In this document: positions 32,977-42,472 of the stretch, piece by piece | Layout of the letters: each line of letters opens with the position of its first letter | Numbering within the stretch: position 1 is the first letter of the stretch | From: Anaeromyxobacteraceae bacterium | Lineage (GTDB): Bacteria; Myxococcota; Myxococcia; Myxococcales; Anaeromyxobacteraceae | DNA: 64,000 nucleotides | NCBI GenBank assembly: GCA_047602405.1 | Contig: JASGHJ010000002.1 | Location: forward strand, 3,168,001 to 3,232,000 | Direction of reading: 5' to 3' | The notes under the pieces: generated by a model | What the model was told of the DNA's origin: nothing | The model's database searches: none | What the model saw: the letters and a program-made list of their open reading frames with translations, nothing else | Program-made: the position numbers and the translations under genes

Positions 32977-34071
32977 CTACCGGCGCCGGGCGACGTCGTA
33001 CGTGATGGCCGCCTGGTAGAGCGTCTGCACGGTGGGCAGGAGCAGGTTCAGCACGCGGTTCCAGCGCGCGAGCTCGTACGTCGCCACGAAGACGACGTCC
33101 CGCGGCTCGAGCGGGAACTGGGTGGCGAGCAGGAGCGCGTCGGCGGACCCCGCGTCGAGCCGGAAGATGGAGGGGGCGGCGAAGTCGCCCCGGATGACGT
33201 AGATGCGCGCCACGTTCGCGGTGGAGGGATCGATCCCGTCCGCGTCGCCGATCGCCTCGGCGAGCGTCATCCGGCGCTTCACCATCAGCTTCGCCTGCTG
33301 GCGCCGCACCTCGCCCAGCACGAAGACCCGGTTCGGGTTCCGGTCCGGCACGTGCAGCACGTCGCCGTCGCGGAGCACCCAGTTCTGCGAGAGGTCGCCC
33401 TCCTCGTAGAGCGCCTGCAGGTCGAGGTGGTGCACCCGCCCCGCCCGCGTGAGCGTCACGCCGGACGGGTCCGCCTCGGGGGAGAACCCGTGGGCGGCCG
33501 CGATCGCGTCCTGGACCGTGAGCGGCACGTCGGTGATGGCGACCGGGATGGGCTGGACGACCTCGCCGGCGACCTGCACGCGCTTGCCGCGGAACGCGGC
33601 GACCCTCACGTCGAGCTGCGGGCTCTTGATCACGGACTCGAGCCGGTCCGTGAGCAACCTGCGGATCTCGGCCACCGTCCTCCCGGCGACCGGGAGCACC
33701 CCGACGTGCGGGTAGAACATGGTCCCGTCGGCCAGCACCGGGTTGCCGTTCTCCTCGGGCGAGCGGAACTGCCCGGTCGGGACGGTCAGCTCCGGGTGAT
33801 CCCAGACGGTGACCTGGAGCACGTCGTGGGGCGCCACCGTGTAGGCGCCGCCGGCCGGCTCCGCCGGCGCCCGCTCCCGGGGCCCCGCGGTGCGTTGCCG
33901 GACGAGGCGCGAGACGATCGCGGGGGTGATGGGCTCGACGACCGGCTCGGCCCTGGACGCCGCGCGGCCACGGGCGCTGGCGGCGTCCTCGTCCACGACC
34001 ATGCCGGGCGCGAGGGCGCACCCGGAGGAGACGAGCGCGGTGAGGACCGCGACCCAGGCTCGACGCGTCAC
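32977..34071 (-). CDS. wza: Polysaccharide export outer-membrane lipoprotein
   Basis: SSGC lipobox, DVLQVTVWDHPELTVP, DGTMFYPHVG, ARWNRVLNLLLPT. Confidence 0.92.
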   Translation of the reverse strand: MTRRAWVAVLTALVSSGCALAPGMVVDEDAASARGRAASRAEPVVEPITPAIVSRLVRQRTAGPRERAPAEPAGGAYTVAPHDVLQVTVWDHPELTVPTGQFRSPEENGNPVLADGTMFYPHVGVLPVAGRTVAEIRRLLTDRLESVIKSPQLDVRVAAFRGKRVQVAGEVVQPIPVAITDVPLTVQDAIAAAHGFSPEADPSGVTLTRAGRVHHLDLQALYEEGDLSQNWVLRDGDVLHVPDRNPNRVFVLGEVRRQQAKLMVKRRMTLAEAIGDADGIDPSTANVARIYVIRGDFAAPSIFRLDAGSADALLLATQFPLEPRDVVFVATYELARWNRVLNLLLPTVQTLYQAAITYDVARRR

Positions 34072-34178
34072 GCTCGGTGATGATGCGCACGGCCCCGCCA
34101 CGGGCCAGCGGCCCCGGGGTCGTCCCGTTGGGTGCGCAGGCGGATCCCCCCTCGGCCCCGGGCTAGACTCCTTTTCCC

Positions 34179-34568
34179 ATGGCCATCCACATCGTCCGCC
34201 TCGGCTCACCGCGCGCTCCCGGCGAGGGCCTGCGCATCGGCACCGTGCGCCGGCCCCCCCGCGGCGTCCCGGCGTCCCGCTTCGCGTCCGACGACTGGTA
34301 CGACGTCTGGTACCCGGACCTCTCGCCGGGCGCCGAGACCGTGAAGCTCGCCCGGGGCGCCACGACCGAGAAGGCCTGGGCGGCCTTCGCCCGGCGGTAC
34401 CGCGCGGAGATGGCGAGGCCCGGGCCCTCACGCACGCTCGCCCTCCTCGCCGCGCTCTCGCACACCGCGGACTTCTCGGTGGGCTGCTACTGCGAGGACG
34501 AGGCGCGCTGCCACCGCTCCCTCCTGCGCGGGCTGCTGCTCGAGCGCGCCGCAAGGGTCGCCGGCTGA
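34179..34568 (+). CDS. DUF488/YeaO-like protein
   Basis: VRRPPRGV, WYPDLSP, YCEDEARCHRSLL. Confidence 0.85.
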   Translation: MAIHIVRLGSPRAPGEGLRIGTVRRPPRGVPASRFASDDWYDVWYPDLSPGAETVKLARGATTEKAWAAFARRYRAEMARPGPSRTLALLAALSHTADFSVGCYCEDEARCHRSLLRGLLLERAARVAG

Positions 34569-34720
34569 GCCCGTCCGCGCCTCGCGCGCCTCGCCGCGCG
34601 CCATCCCGCACACTCCCGAAGGGCTGCGTCGGTTCGCCCGATGCGCTGACCTGGCGCTCACCCCCGGTCGCAGCGGGGTGGTACACGGAGTGTACACCGC
34701 GGGTCATTGGAGGGGACCTC

Positions 34721-35173
34721 ATGAGCCGATACACCGAACTCGACACCGCCATCTGCGAGAAGGACCTCGAGCAGGGCGAGGAGACCGACGTGGCGCGGAC
34801 CTTCGCCATGCGCCTCGTCTCGCAGTTCGTGAAGCACCTCGGCGCGCCCGACACCGCGGTGCGCCTCCTGCCCGCGGAGGAGGTCCTGAAGGGCGGCCAC
34901 GCGGCGCACACCATCGGCGAGGCCGTGGAGCGGACGTCCGACGGCTTCACGGTCGGGCTCGAGATCGACCTGCCCCGCTACGTGACCGGCGTGCGCGTGC
35001 GGATGAAGCCGGCGGGCCAGGGCTGGAGGGTGAGCGTGGACGACACGCCGATCCGCGAGCTCCTCCAGCCGAATGGCGAGTGGGACGCCTTCGTCCACGA
35101 GGTGACCGACCACCTGCGCCAGGCGGTGCTCCAGCACGCTCCCCCGGAGCGGGTCGTGTTCCGCTCGAGGTGA
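34721..35173 (+). CDS. Hypothetical protein
   Basis: GGAGG upstream of ATG; high GC3 codon pattern; no motif recognised. Confidence 0.7.
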   Translation: MSRYTELDTAICEKDLEQGEETDVARTFAMRLVSQFVKHLGAPDTAVRLLPAEEVLKGGHAAHTIGEAVERTSDGFTVGLEIDLPRYVTGVRVRMKPAGQGWRVSVDDTPIRELLQPNGEWDAFVHEVTDHLRQAVLQHAPPERVVFRSR

Positions 35174-35236
35174 GCCGTCCGGGTCCCGGACGTGTTCGGC
35201 CCTGACCCCGGGGCCCGCTACCGCTATGCTGTGCCC

Positions 35237-35836
35237 GTGATCGCCTGGGACGAGCGGTTCTCGAAGGACGGATACCTCTACGGCACGCAGCCCAACCGCT
35301 GGCTCGAGGCGCAGGCGGCGCGCCTCGCCCCGGGCGGCCGCGTGCTCTGCCTCGGAGAGGGCGAGGGCCGGAACGCGGTCTACCTCGCGGGCCGGGGACA
35401 CCGGGTCGACGCGGTGGATTCCTCCCCGGTCGGCCTCGCGAAGGCCCGCGCGCTCGCGGAGGATCACCGGGTGACCATCGCGACCACGGTCGCGGACCTC
35501 GCCGTGCACGAGCCGGACGAGCGGGCCTACGACACGGTCGTCCTCGTGTACGTCCACCTCCCGCCCACCCTCCGCCCGGCCGTGCATGCGCGCGCCGCCG
35601 CGGCGCTCAGGAAGGGCGGCCTCCTCGTGCTCGAGGCCTTCACGCCGGCCCAGCTCGCCTTCACGAGCGGCGGCCCGAAGCAGCCGGACTGGCTCTTCAC
35701 GGCCGCCATGCTGCGCGAGGACTTCCCCGGCCTCGCCTGGGATCCGCTCCTCGAGGAGGAGCTCGAGCTCGACGAGGGCCCCGGTCACCGGGGCCGCGCC
35801 GCGATCGTGCGCGGGGTGGGGCGTCGGGTCGCCTGA
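35237..35836 (+). CDS. Class I SAM-dependent methyltransferase
   Basis: WDERF...YLYGTQPN, VLCLGEGEGRNAVYLA, AVDSS. Confidence 0.9.
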   Translation: MIAWDERFSKDGYLYGTQPNRWLEAQAARLAPGGRVLCLGEGEGRNAVYLAGRGHRVDAVDSSPVGLAKARALAEDHRVTIATTVADLAVHEPDERAYDTVVLVYVHLPPTLRPAVHARAAAALRKGGLLVLEAFTPAQLAFTSGGPKQPDWLFTAAMLREDFPGLAWDPLLEEELELDEGPGHRGRAAIVRGVGRRVA

Positions 35837-35837
35837 C

Positions 35838-36533
35838 ATGCGCCCGCTCCGTCCCCCCGCCCCCATCGACGCCGTCCTCTTCGACCTCCACGCCACGCTC
35901 GTGGACCCGGGCGACGCGCGCCGCTGGCTCGAGCTCGGCTGGGCGCGCCTCGGCGGGGCCGGACCCGCGCGCGAGGGGCTCGGCGCGGACCGGTACGCCG
36001 CCCTCGCCGGGTGGCTCGACCGCATCTGGGAGCACGCCACGGTGGTCGACCCGCGCGCCGAGCGCGACCTCTCGCCCGTGCGCCACCGCGAGGTGTACGA
36101 CGCCACCGTCGCGCGGGCCCCCGGGCTCGAGCCCGCGCTCGCCGCCGCGCTCTACGAGACGCTGCTCGAGACCTGGGTGCCCTACGAGGACACCCTCCCC
36201 GTGCTCCGGGCGCTCCGCGCGCGCGGGAAGCGCATCGGCCTCATCTCGAACGTGGGCTGCGACGTGCGCGGCGTGATCGACCGCGGCGGGATGGCGCCGC
36301 TCCTCGACGCGGTGGTGCTCTCGTTCGAGGTCGGGGCGGTGAAGCCCTCGGCGGCGATCTTCGAGCGCGCGCTCGCGCTCCTCGGCACCCCGCCCGAGCG
36401 GACCCTCATGGTCGGCGACAGCGCCCACGACGACGCCGGCGCGGCCCTCCTCGGCGCGCCGACCCTGATCCTCCCGCGCACGTCGGGGCGCGTGCACGGG
36501 CTCGAGGCGGTCCTCCGGCTCGTGGGGCCGTAG
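35838..36533 (+). CDS. HAD-superfamily hydrolase
   Basis: LFDLHATLVD, ISN, KP, MVGDSAHDD. Confidence 0.88.
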   Translation: MRPLRPPAPIDAVLFDLHATLVDPGDARRWLELGWARLGGAGPAREGLGADRYAALAGWLDRIWEHATVVDPRAERDLSPVRHREVYDATVARAPGLEPALAAALYETLLETWVPYEDTLPVLRALRARGKRIGLISNVGCDVRGVIDRGGMAPLLDAVVLSFEVGAVKPSAAIFERALALLGTPPERTLMVGDSAHDDAGAALLGAPTLILPRTSGRVHGLEAVLRLVGP

Positions 36534-36590
36534 GCGAGACGCCCCTCCTCGGCGGCGGCGCGCGGCGCCGGAACGCCCTAGCATCCGCGC

Positions 36591-37502
36591 GTGCGCACCC
36601 TGCTCCCGCTGCTCGCCCTCCTCGCCGCGCTCCCCGCCCGGGCGCAGACCGTGGCGGTCACGTTCGACGACGGCCCGAAGCTCCAGGAGACCGCGCTCCT
36701 CTCGCCCGCGGAGCGCAACCAGCGGCTCCTCGACCAGCTCGCGAAGGCGAAGGTGAAGGCGGCGCTCTTCGTCACGCTGCACAACGGCGCGGACCGGCCG
36801 GACGGGCTCGCGCTCCTGCGCGCCTGGGGCGAGGCCGGCCACGTGGTCGGCAACCACACGGTCACGCACCTCGACCTCGACGCCGAAGGCACGACCCTCG
36901 CCGCCTACGAGGCGGAGATCCTCGCCTGCGACGAGGTCATCAGGAGGGTGCCCGGCTACCGGCCGTGGCACCGCTTCACCTTCCTGCGCGAGGGCAACAC
37001 GCCGGAGAAGCGCGAGGGCATCCGGGCGTTCCTCGCCGGGCACCGCATGCGGAACGCCCGGGTCACGCTCGACACGAGCGACTGGCGGCTCGACCAGAAG
37101 CTCGCCGAGATCCTCGCGAAGGATCCGCGCGCGGACCTCTCCGCGCTGAAGGCCGTCTACCTCGGCCACCTGCGCCAGCGCGCGACGGCCTACCGCGAGC
37201 TCTCCCGGCGCCTGCTCGGGCGCGACGTCGCCCAGGTCCTGCTCCTGCACCACAGCCTGCTGAACGCCCTCTTCCTCTCCGACGTCCTCGCGCAGTTCCG
37301 CGCCGACGGCTGGACGTTCGTCACGCCGGAGGCCGCGTACGCGGATCCGATCTACCGGCTCGAGCCCGACCGGCTGGTCCCCGGCCAGAGCCTCCTCGTC
37401 TCGATCGCCCGCTCGCGCGGGGTGGGCAGGACACCCGAGCTCCTGCGGCTCCTCGACGACGCCGACGCCGAGATCGCCGAGCTCGCGAAGCTGGGCTACT
37501 GA
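36591..37502 (+). CDS. Secreted polysaccharide deacetylase (CE4)
   Basis: Signal peptide, VTFDDGP, GNHTVTH, VLLLH. Confidence 0.9.
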   Translation: MRTLLPLLALLAALPARAQTVAVTFDDGPKLQETALLSPAERNQRLLDQLAKAKVKAALFVTLHNGADRPDGLALLRAWGEAGHVVGNHTVTHLDLDAEGTTLAAYEAEILACDEVIRRVPGYRPWHRFTFLREGNTPEKREGIRAFLAGHRMRNARVTLDTSDWRLDQKLAEILAKDPRADLSALKAVYLGHLRQRATAYRELSRRLLGRDVAQVLLLHHSLLNALFLSDVLAQFRADGWTFVTPEAAYADPIYRLEPDRLVPGQSLLVSIARSRGVGRTPELLRLLDDADAEIAELAKLGY

Positions 37503-37589
37503 CCCGCGCCGTGGGCGCCGCGGTCCCGCCCCCCGGCCGCGCCGGGGTGACGTGCCCAACCTTCTCGTCTCTCTTGACGAGGAGGCGGC

Positions 37590-38795
37590 ATGAAGGCGGT
37601 GGTCTGGAAGGGGCCGGGCAAGGTCTCGGTCGACGACGTGGACGACCCGCGCATCGAGAGCGCGACCGACGTCCTCGTCCGCATCAGCACGGCGGGGATC
37701 TGCGGGAGCGACCTCCACATGTACGAGGGGCGCACCGCGGCGAAGCCCGGCACGGTGATGGGACACGAGAACATGGGCGTCATCGAGGAGGTGGGGCCCG
37801 CGGTGCGCCAGCTCGCGAAGGGCGACCGGGTGGTCCTCCCGTTCAACGTCTCGTGCGGCACCTGCTTCAACTGCTCCCGGGGCTACACGAACGCGTGCCT
37901 GGTCGCGAACGACGAGGCCGCCGGCGCCGCGTACGGCTACGTGGGCATGGGCCCCTACCGCGGCGGGCAGGCCGAGATCCTGCGCGTGCCGTGGGGCGAG
38001 GCGAACTGCATCAAGCTGCCGGGCACCCCGGGCGACGAGCTCGAGGACGACTTCCTGCTCCTCTCCGACATCTTCCCGACCGGCTACCACGCCGCGGTGA
38101 TGGCGAACGTGCAGCCGGGCTCGACCGTCGCGATCTACGGCGCGGGGCCGGTGGGGCTCCTCGCCGCCTACAGCGCCATCCTGCGCGGCGCGGCCGAGGT
38201 CTACGTGGTGGACGCCATCCCCGAGCGGCTCGAGAAGGCGCAGGCGATTGGCGCCATCCCGGTCGACTTCAAGAAGGGGAAGGCCGCTGAGCAGATCCGG
38301 AGCATGCGCCTCAGGAACCCGCTCGTGCGCGGCGCCATGCGCGCCGGCGAGGAGAAGATGGCGGGCGTCATGTGCGGGATCGACGCCGTCGGCTACCAGG
38401 CGAAGGACCCGGAGGATCCGGGCGAGGAGTCGCACACCTCGATCACCGAGGAGCTCGTCGAGCTCGTGAACCCGACGGGCGCCCTGGGCGTCATCGGCGT
38501 CTTCCTGCCCCAGGATCCGGGCGGCAAGGACGCCGCGGCGAAGCGGGGGGCCTACACGCTGCCCTGGGGCATGATCTGGCAGAAGGGGTTGCAGATCGGC
38601 ACCGGCCAGACGCCGGTCCGGCACCACAGCCTCCTGCTCCGCGACCTCATCATCGCCGGGAGGGCGCGCCCGAGCTTCATCGTCTCGCGCCACATCGGCC
38701 TCGCCGACGCGCCCGATGCGTACCGGCGCTTCGACCGGCGGGAGCCCGGCCACACGAAGGTGCTGATCCGGCCGTCCATGCAGGCGGGGGCGTAG
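37590..38795 (+). CDS. Zn-dependent dehydrogenase, glutathione-independent formaldehyde dehydrogenase-like
   Basis: ICGSDLH, GHE, CGTCFNC..C, LSDIFPTG, GAGPVG; strong RBS. Confidence 0.9.
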   Translation: MKAVVWKGPGKVSVDDVDDPRIESATDVLVRISTAGICGSDLHMYEGRTAAKPGTVMGHENMGVIEEVGPAVRQLAKGDRVVLPFNVSCGTCFNCSRGYTNACLVANDEAAGAAYGYVGMGPYRGGQAEILRVPWGEANCIKLPGTPGDELEDDFLLLSDIFPTGYHAAVMANVQPGSTVAIYGAGPVGLLAAYSAILRGAAEVYVVDAIPERLEKAQAIGAIPVDFKKGKAAEQIRSMRLRNPLVRGAMRAGEEKMAGVMCGIDAVGYQAKDPEDPGEESHTSITEELVELVNPTGALGVIGVFLPQDPGGKDAAAKRGAYTLPWGMIWQKGLQIGTGQTPVRHHSLLLRDLIIAGRARPSFIVSRHIGLADAPDAYRRFDRREPGHTKVLIRPSMQAGA

Positions 38796-38849
38796 CCCCT
38801 CGTCTCCGGCGCCGCTGCGCGGCGCCTACGCTGCTTCGAAATGCCGGGG

Positions 38850-40113
38850 TTAGGAGGTGACCGCCTCGGGTGTCTGTGAGGTGACGGTCACGCTATAGCC
38901 GAGGCGCTCAAGGCGGCGAACGAGGTTCTTGGCGACGCGCTTTTCGTCGACCCGGTCGAGGTAGGTGTCCCCGAGGTCCTCGTACGGCACGTGTTTCGTG
39001 AGGATTCTCATAGGCGGCGTTGAGGATCTTGTGGGCGATGGCGAAGGTGGCTCGCTTGTGTCCTCGGCGGGCCTTGAGGCGGAAGTACTTGTCTCGCAGG
39101 TAGGTCTTCTTGGTGCGGATGGCTGCGCCGGCAGCCTCGACCAGGGTCGACCGGAGGTGAACGTTCCCCTTCCGCGAACGCCCGGAGCGCCGCTTCCCGG
39201 CCGATTCGTCGTTCCCGGGGCAGACGCCAGCCCAACTCGCCAGGTGGCGCGGGCCGCCGAAGACGGACATGTCGGGGCCGATCTCAGCGAGAAGTGACGC
39301 GCTGGTCTGGACCTTCACGCCCGGGATCGTCGAAAGCAGCTTGACCTGCTCGCGATAGGGCTCGAGTCGGCGCTCGATCTCCCTCTCTAGCGTGTCGACG
39401 TCGCGGTCAGCAGCGTCGAGCCGGTCGAGCTGTAGCCGCAACATGTACCGGTGGTGGTCGCGGAGCCGGCCGTCGAGGGCGGCCTCGAGCTCGGGGATCT
39501 TCTTACGTAGGAGCCCTTCGGCGAGCTTCGCGAGGTTGCGCGGGTCGGATTCGCCATCGGCCATCGCTCGCAGCATCGCCATGCCAGACTTGCCAGACTT
39601 GCCAAAGACATCCGAGGCAACGCTTGCGAGCTTCACGTTCGCGGTCTCGAGGACCTTCTGTAGTCGATTGCGCTCGGACGTCCGGGCCTGGACGACCGAG
39701 CGTCGGTACCGAACGAGGTCCCGTAGGTCGCGAAGGTAGAGCGGCGGCACGTAGCTCTTGCGGATCAGCCCCATCCTCACGAGTCGGGCGATCCACTCCG
39801 AGTCCTTCACGTCCGTCTTGCGGCCTGGGACGTTCTTCATGTGCTGCGCGTTGCCAACGACGAGCTCGAGCTCGCCCGCCGACTCCAGCACCGCGTAAAC
39901 GGGCTTCCAGTAGACGCCCGTGCTCTCCATGGCCACGTGCGTGACGTGCTCCTCGCGCAGCCACTCCACGAGCGCCAGCAAGTCGCGCGTGAACGTCGAG
40001 AACTCCCTCACGCACTTGCGCAGCCTGGAGCCCTCTCCCAGCAGCACGCAGGCCGTCACTTGCTCCTTGTGAACGTCGAGTCCACAGACCCGATCGACAA
40101 CGATTCCTTCCAT
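38850..40113 (-). CDS. IS110 family transposase (DEDD recombinase), frameshift ~39005
   Basis: CGLDVHK, MESTGVYWKP, KTDVKDSEW, TIPGV, SWAGVCPGNDESAGK; corrected C-terminus YEILTKHVPYEDLG...VRRLERLGY..VTS*. Confidence 0.93.
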
Positions 40114-40119
40114 GACCAC

Positions 40120-40395
40120 CTCCGGGGAAGGAGGCGGTCGCTGCGCCGCGGGGTAGCTTCTAGGACACTGCTTCACGCCCTTCCCAGGCATGCATCTGCC
40201 CAGGTACGGCACACCGTGGTACCCATTCGCAGCGCGGGCCGGTCTCGGGGACGGGGTTCCTGGCAGGACCGCCGAACGTAGCAACGGCCTTCTGAGCGAC
40301 CACCTCCGAGGTCGATCGCTACACCGGGACCGCCCGCGCGCTCAACCAACGGCAGGCATTTCATGCCCCCCGGTGGACGTGTCCGTCCATGAGGT
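40120..40395 (-). ncRNA. Putative IS110 bridge RNA
   Basis: About 280-nt non-coding end with stem/internal-loop structures whose loop strands match the target (CTACG, CCCCGAG) and donor (GAAGCAG) junctions; RNA ends unknown. Confidence 0.6.
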
Positions 40396-41820
40396 CTCGG
40401 GGCGAACGGGCCTCGTCGAACGCCTTCGCGAGCCGCGCGACGCCCTCCGCGATCCGGCCGGCCGGCACGAGCCCGAACCCGAGCGCCAGGCCGGGCGGGC
40501 CGGCGCGCAGCCGGTAGCGGGCGAGCGGCTCCACGCGGACCCCGCGCGCGAGCGCCCGGCGGGCGATCGCGCGGGCGTCGGCGCGCCGGTCGCGCACGAG
40601 CACGCCCACGTGGAGCCCGGCGGCCGAGGGCAGGACCTCGACCCGGTCGCCGAGCTCCCGCGCGAGGGCCTCGAGGAGCCGGGCGCGCCGTGCGGCGTAG
40701 GTGCGGAGCACGCGACGGACGTGGCGCGCGAGGTGCCCGTCGGCGACGAGCTCGGCGAGGGCGCGCTGCACGTCGGTCGGGCCGTGCGCGTCGGCGAGCG
40801 CGCGCGCCGCCCGGAGCGCCGGCTGGAGCGGCGCGGGTGCGACGAGGTACCCGACCCGGAGCGACGGGAGCAGCACCTTCGAGAGCGTGCCCACGTACAG
40901 CACCCGCCCGGCGCGATCGAGCCCTGCAGCGTGTCGAGCGGCCGGCCCTCGAAGCGGAACTCGCTGTCGTAGTCGTCCTCGAGGATCGCCGCGCGCTCGC
41001 GCGCCGCCCAGGCGAGGAGCGCGAGCCGGCGCCCGAGCGACATGGGGACGCCGAGCGGGAACTGGTGCGAGGGGGTGACGTGCACGAGGCGCGCGCCCCG
41101 CGGGAGCGCCTCCACGACGAGCCCCTCCCGGTCGACCTTCACCGGCACCACGCGCGCGCCCATGGCGCGGAAGGCCTCGCGCGCCGGCGGGAAACCCGGC
41201 TCCTCGACCGCGACCACGTCGCCGGGCCGCACGAGCACGCGCCCGGCGAGGTCGAACGCCTGCTGCGCGCCCGCGGTCACGAGCACGTCGTCCGCGCCCG
41301 CCCGCACGCCGCGCGCCCGCCCGAGGTGCGCCGCGAGGGCCTCGCGGAGCGCGGGCTCGCCCTCCGGCGCGGCGTAGCCCCCGCGCGCCCCGCGGCCGCG
41401 GAGCCGCCGCGCGACGAGCCCCCGCCACAGGTCCCAGGGGAAGAGCGCCGGGTCCGGCGAGCCGGTCTGGAAGTCGTAGGGCGCCGCCGCCTCCGGCGGG
41501 CGGAGCACGAGCGCGCGCGCCCAGGGCCCGCGCGGCGCGAGCGGCGACGCCCGCGGCGCCCGGCGCGTCCCCGCCGCCTCGACGCCGGCCGCGACCACCG
41601 TCCCGCCGCCGGCGCGCCCCTCGAGGAAGCCCTCCGCGACGAGCGCCTCGTAGGCGGAGAGGAGCGTGTTGCGGGACACCCCGAGGCGCGCCGCGAGCGC
41701 GCGGGTCGAGGGCAGCCGCTCCCCGGCGCGCAGGCGTCCGTCGAGGATGGCCTCGCGGAGCCCGTCGTAGGCGTCGCGGGCGAGCCGGCCGGGCCCGCGG
41801 AGGGCGAGGTGGAGCTCCAT
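40361..41820 (-). CDS. MocR/GabR family PLP-dependent transcriptional regulator, frameshift ~40920
   Basis: GERLPSTRALA..LGVSRNT wHTH; VTPSHQFPLG, EDDYDSEF, YVGTLSKVL. As read, the stop lies inside the IS end. Confidence 0.9.
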
Positions 41821-41834
41821 GGCCGCGACGGTAA

Positions 41835-41880
41835 TGGATCCATGAGCTTTCTGGAACTTGGACCTGTGAGGGAGCCATCC
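41835..41880. promoter_or_regulatory. Putative MocR operator repeats
   Basis: TGGATC (41835), TGGAAC (41852), TGGACC (41859) in the divergent intergenic region. Confidence 0.45.
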
Positions 41881-41899
41881 GGGATCGTATCCCTGCCGC

Positions 41900-42316
41900 A
41901 TGGACACGACCCCCGACCCCATCCTCCGCGGCACCGCCCACCTCCCCTGGCTCGCGATCGCGCCCGGCTTCTCGCTCAAGGTCCTCCACGGCACGCGCGA
42001 CGAGGACACCCGCGCGCTCCTCCTCCGGCTCGAGCCCGGGACGAAGATCGCCCGGCACCGCCACGAGGGCGAGGTGCACGCCCTCAACCTCGCCGGCACC
42101 CGCCGGCTCGACACGGGCGAGCTCGTCGGCCCGGGCGGCTACGTGCACGAGCCCGCCGGGAACGAGGACAGCTGGGAGGCGGTGGGCGACGAGCCCGTGG
42201 TGGTGTTCGTCACGGTGCGCGGCGCGATGCAGACGCTCGGGCTCCCGCCCGGCGAGGGCCGCACGACGACCGCCTCGCTCGCCGCGGCCTACCGGAAGGC
42301 CCTCGCCGATCCCTGA
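41900..42316 (+). CDS. Cupin protein (ChrR-like / dihydroxyacetophenone dioxygenase-like)
   Basis: LEPGTKIARHRHEGEVH, GYVHEPAG; divergent from the MocR regulator. Confidence 0.8.
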   Translation: MDTTPDPILRGTAHLPWLAIAPGFSLKVLHGTRDEDTRALLLRLEPGTKIARHRHEGEVHALNLAGTRRLDTGELVGPGGYVHEPAGNEDSWEAVGDEPVVVFVTVRGAMQTLGLPPGEGRTTTASLAAAYRKALADP

Positions 42317-42472
42317 CGCCCGGCCGGGACGGGGAGCGTGACGCACTGCGCGCGCACCTCACGGTGCACGCTCAGTGGGGGCACCCCACGGAGGCAGCGC
42401 AGCCGGCCGGCCGCGGACCTAGACGAACCGGGCAGCCCTCTTCCCCTCGCTCCACCGTCTCCGGAGGTGCCC

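Larger units (their letters stand above)
38831..40397 (-). mobile_element. IS110-family insertion sequence; boundaries inferred from repeated CT core
   Basis: Lower GC than flanks, no terminal inverted repeats seen, CT at 38831-38832 and 40396-40397. Removing it restores a stop codon for the neighbouring gene. Confidence 0.75.
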
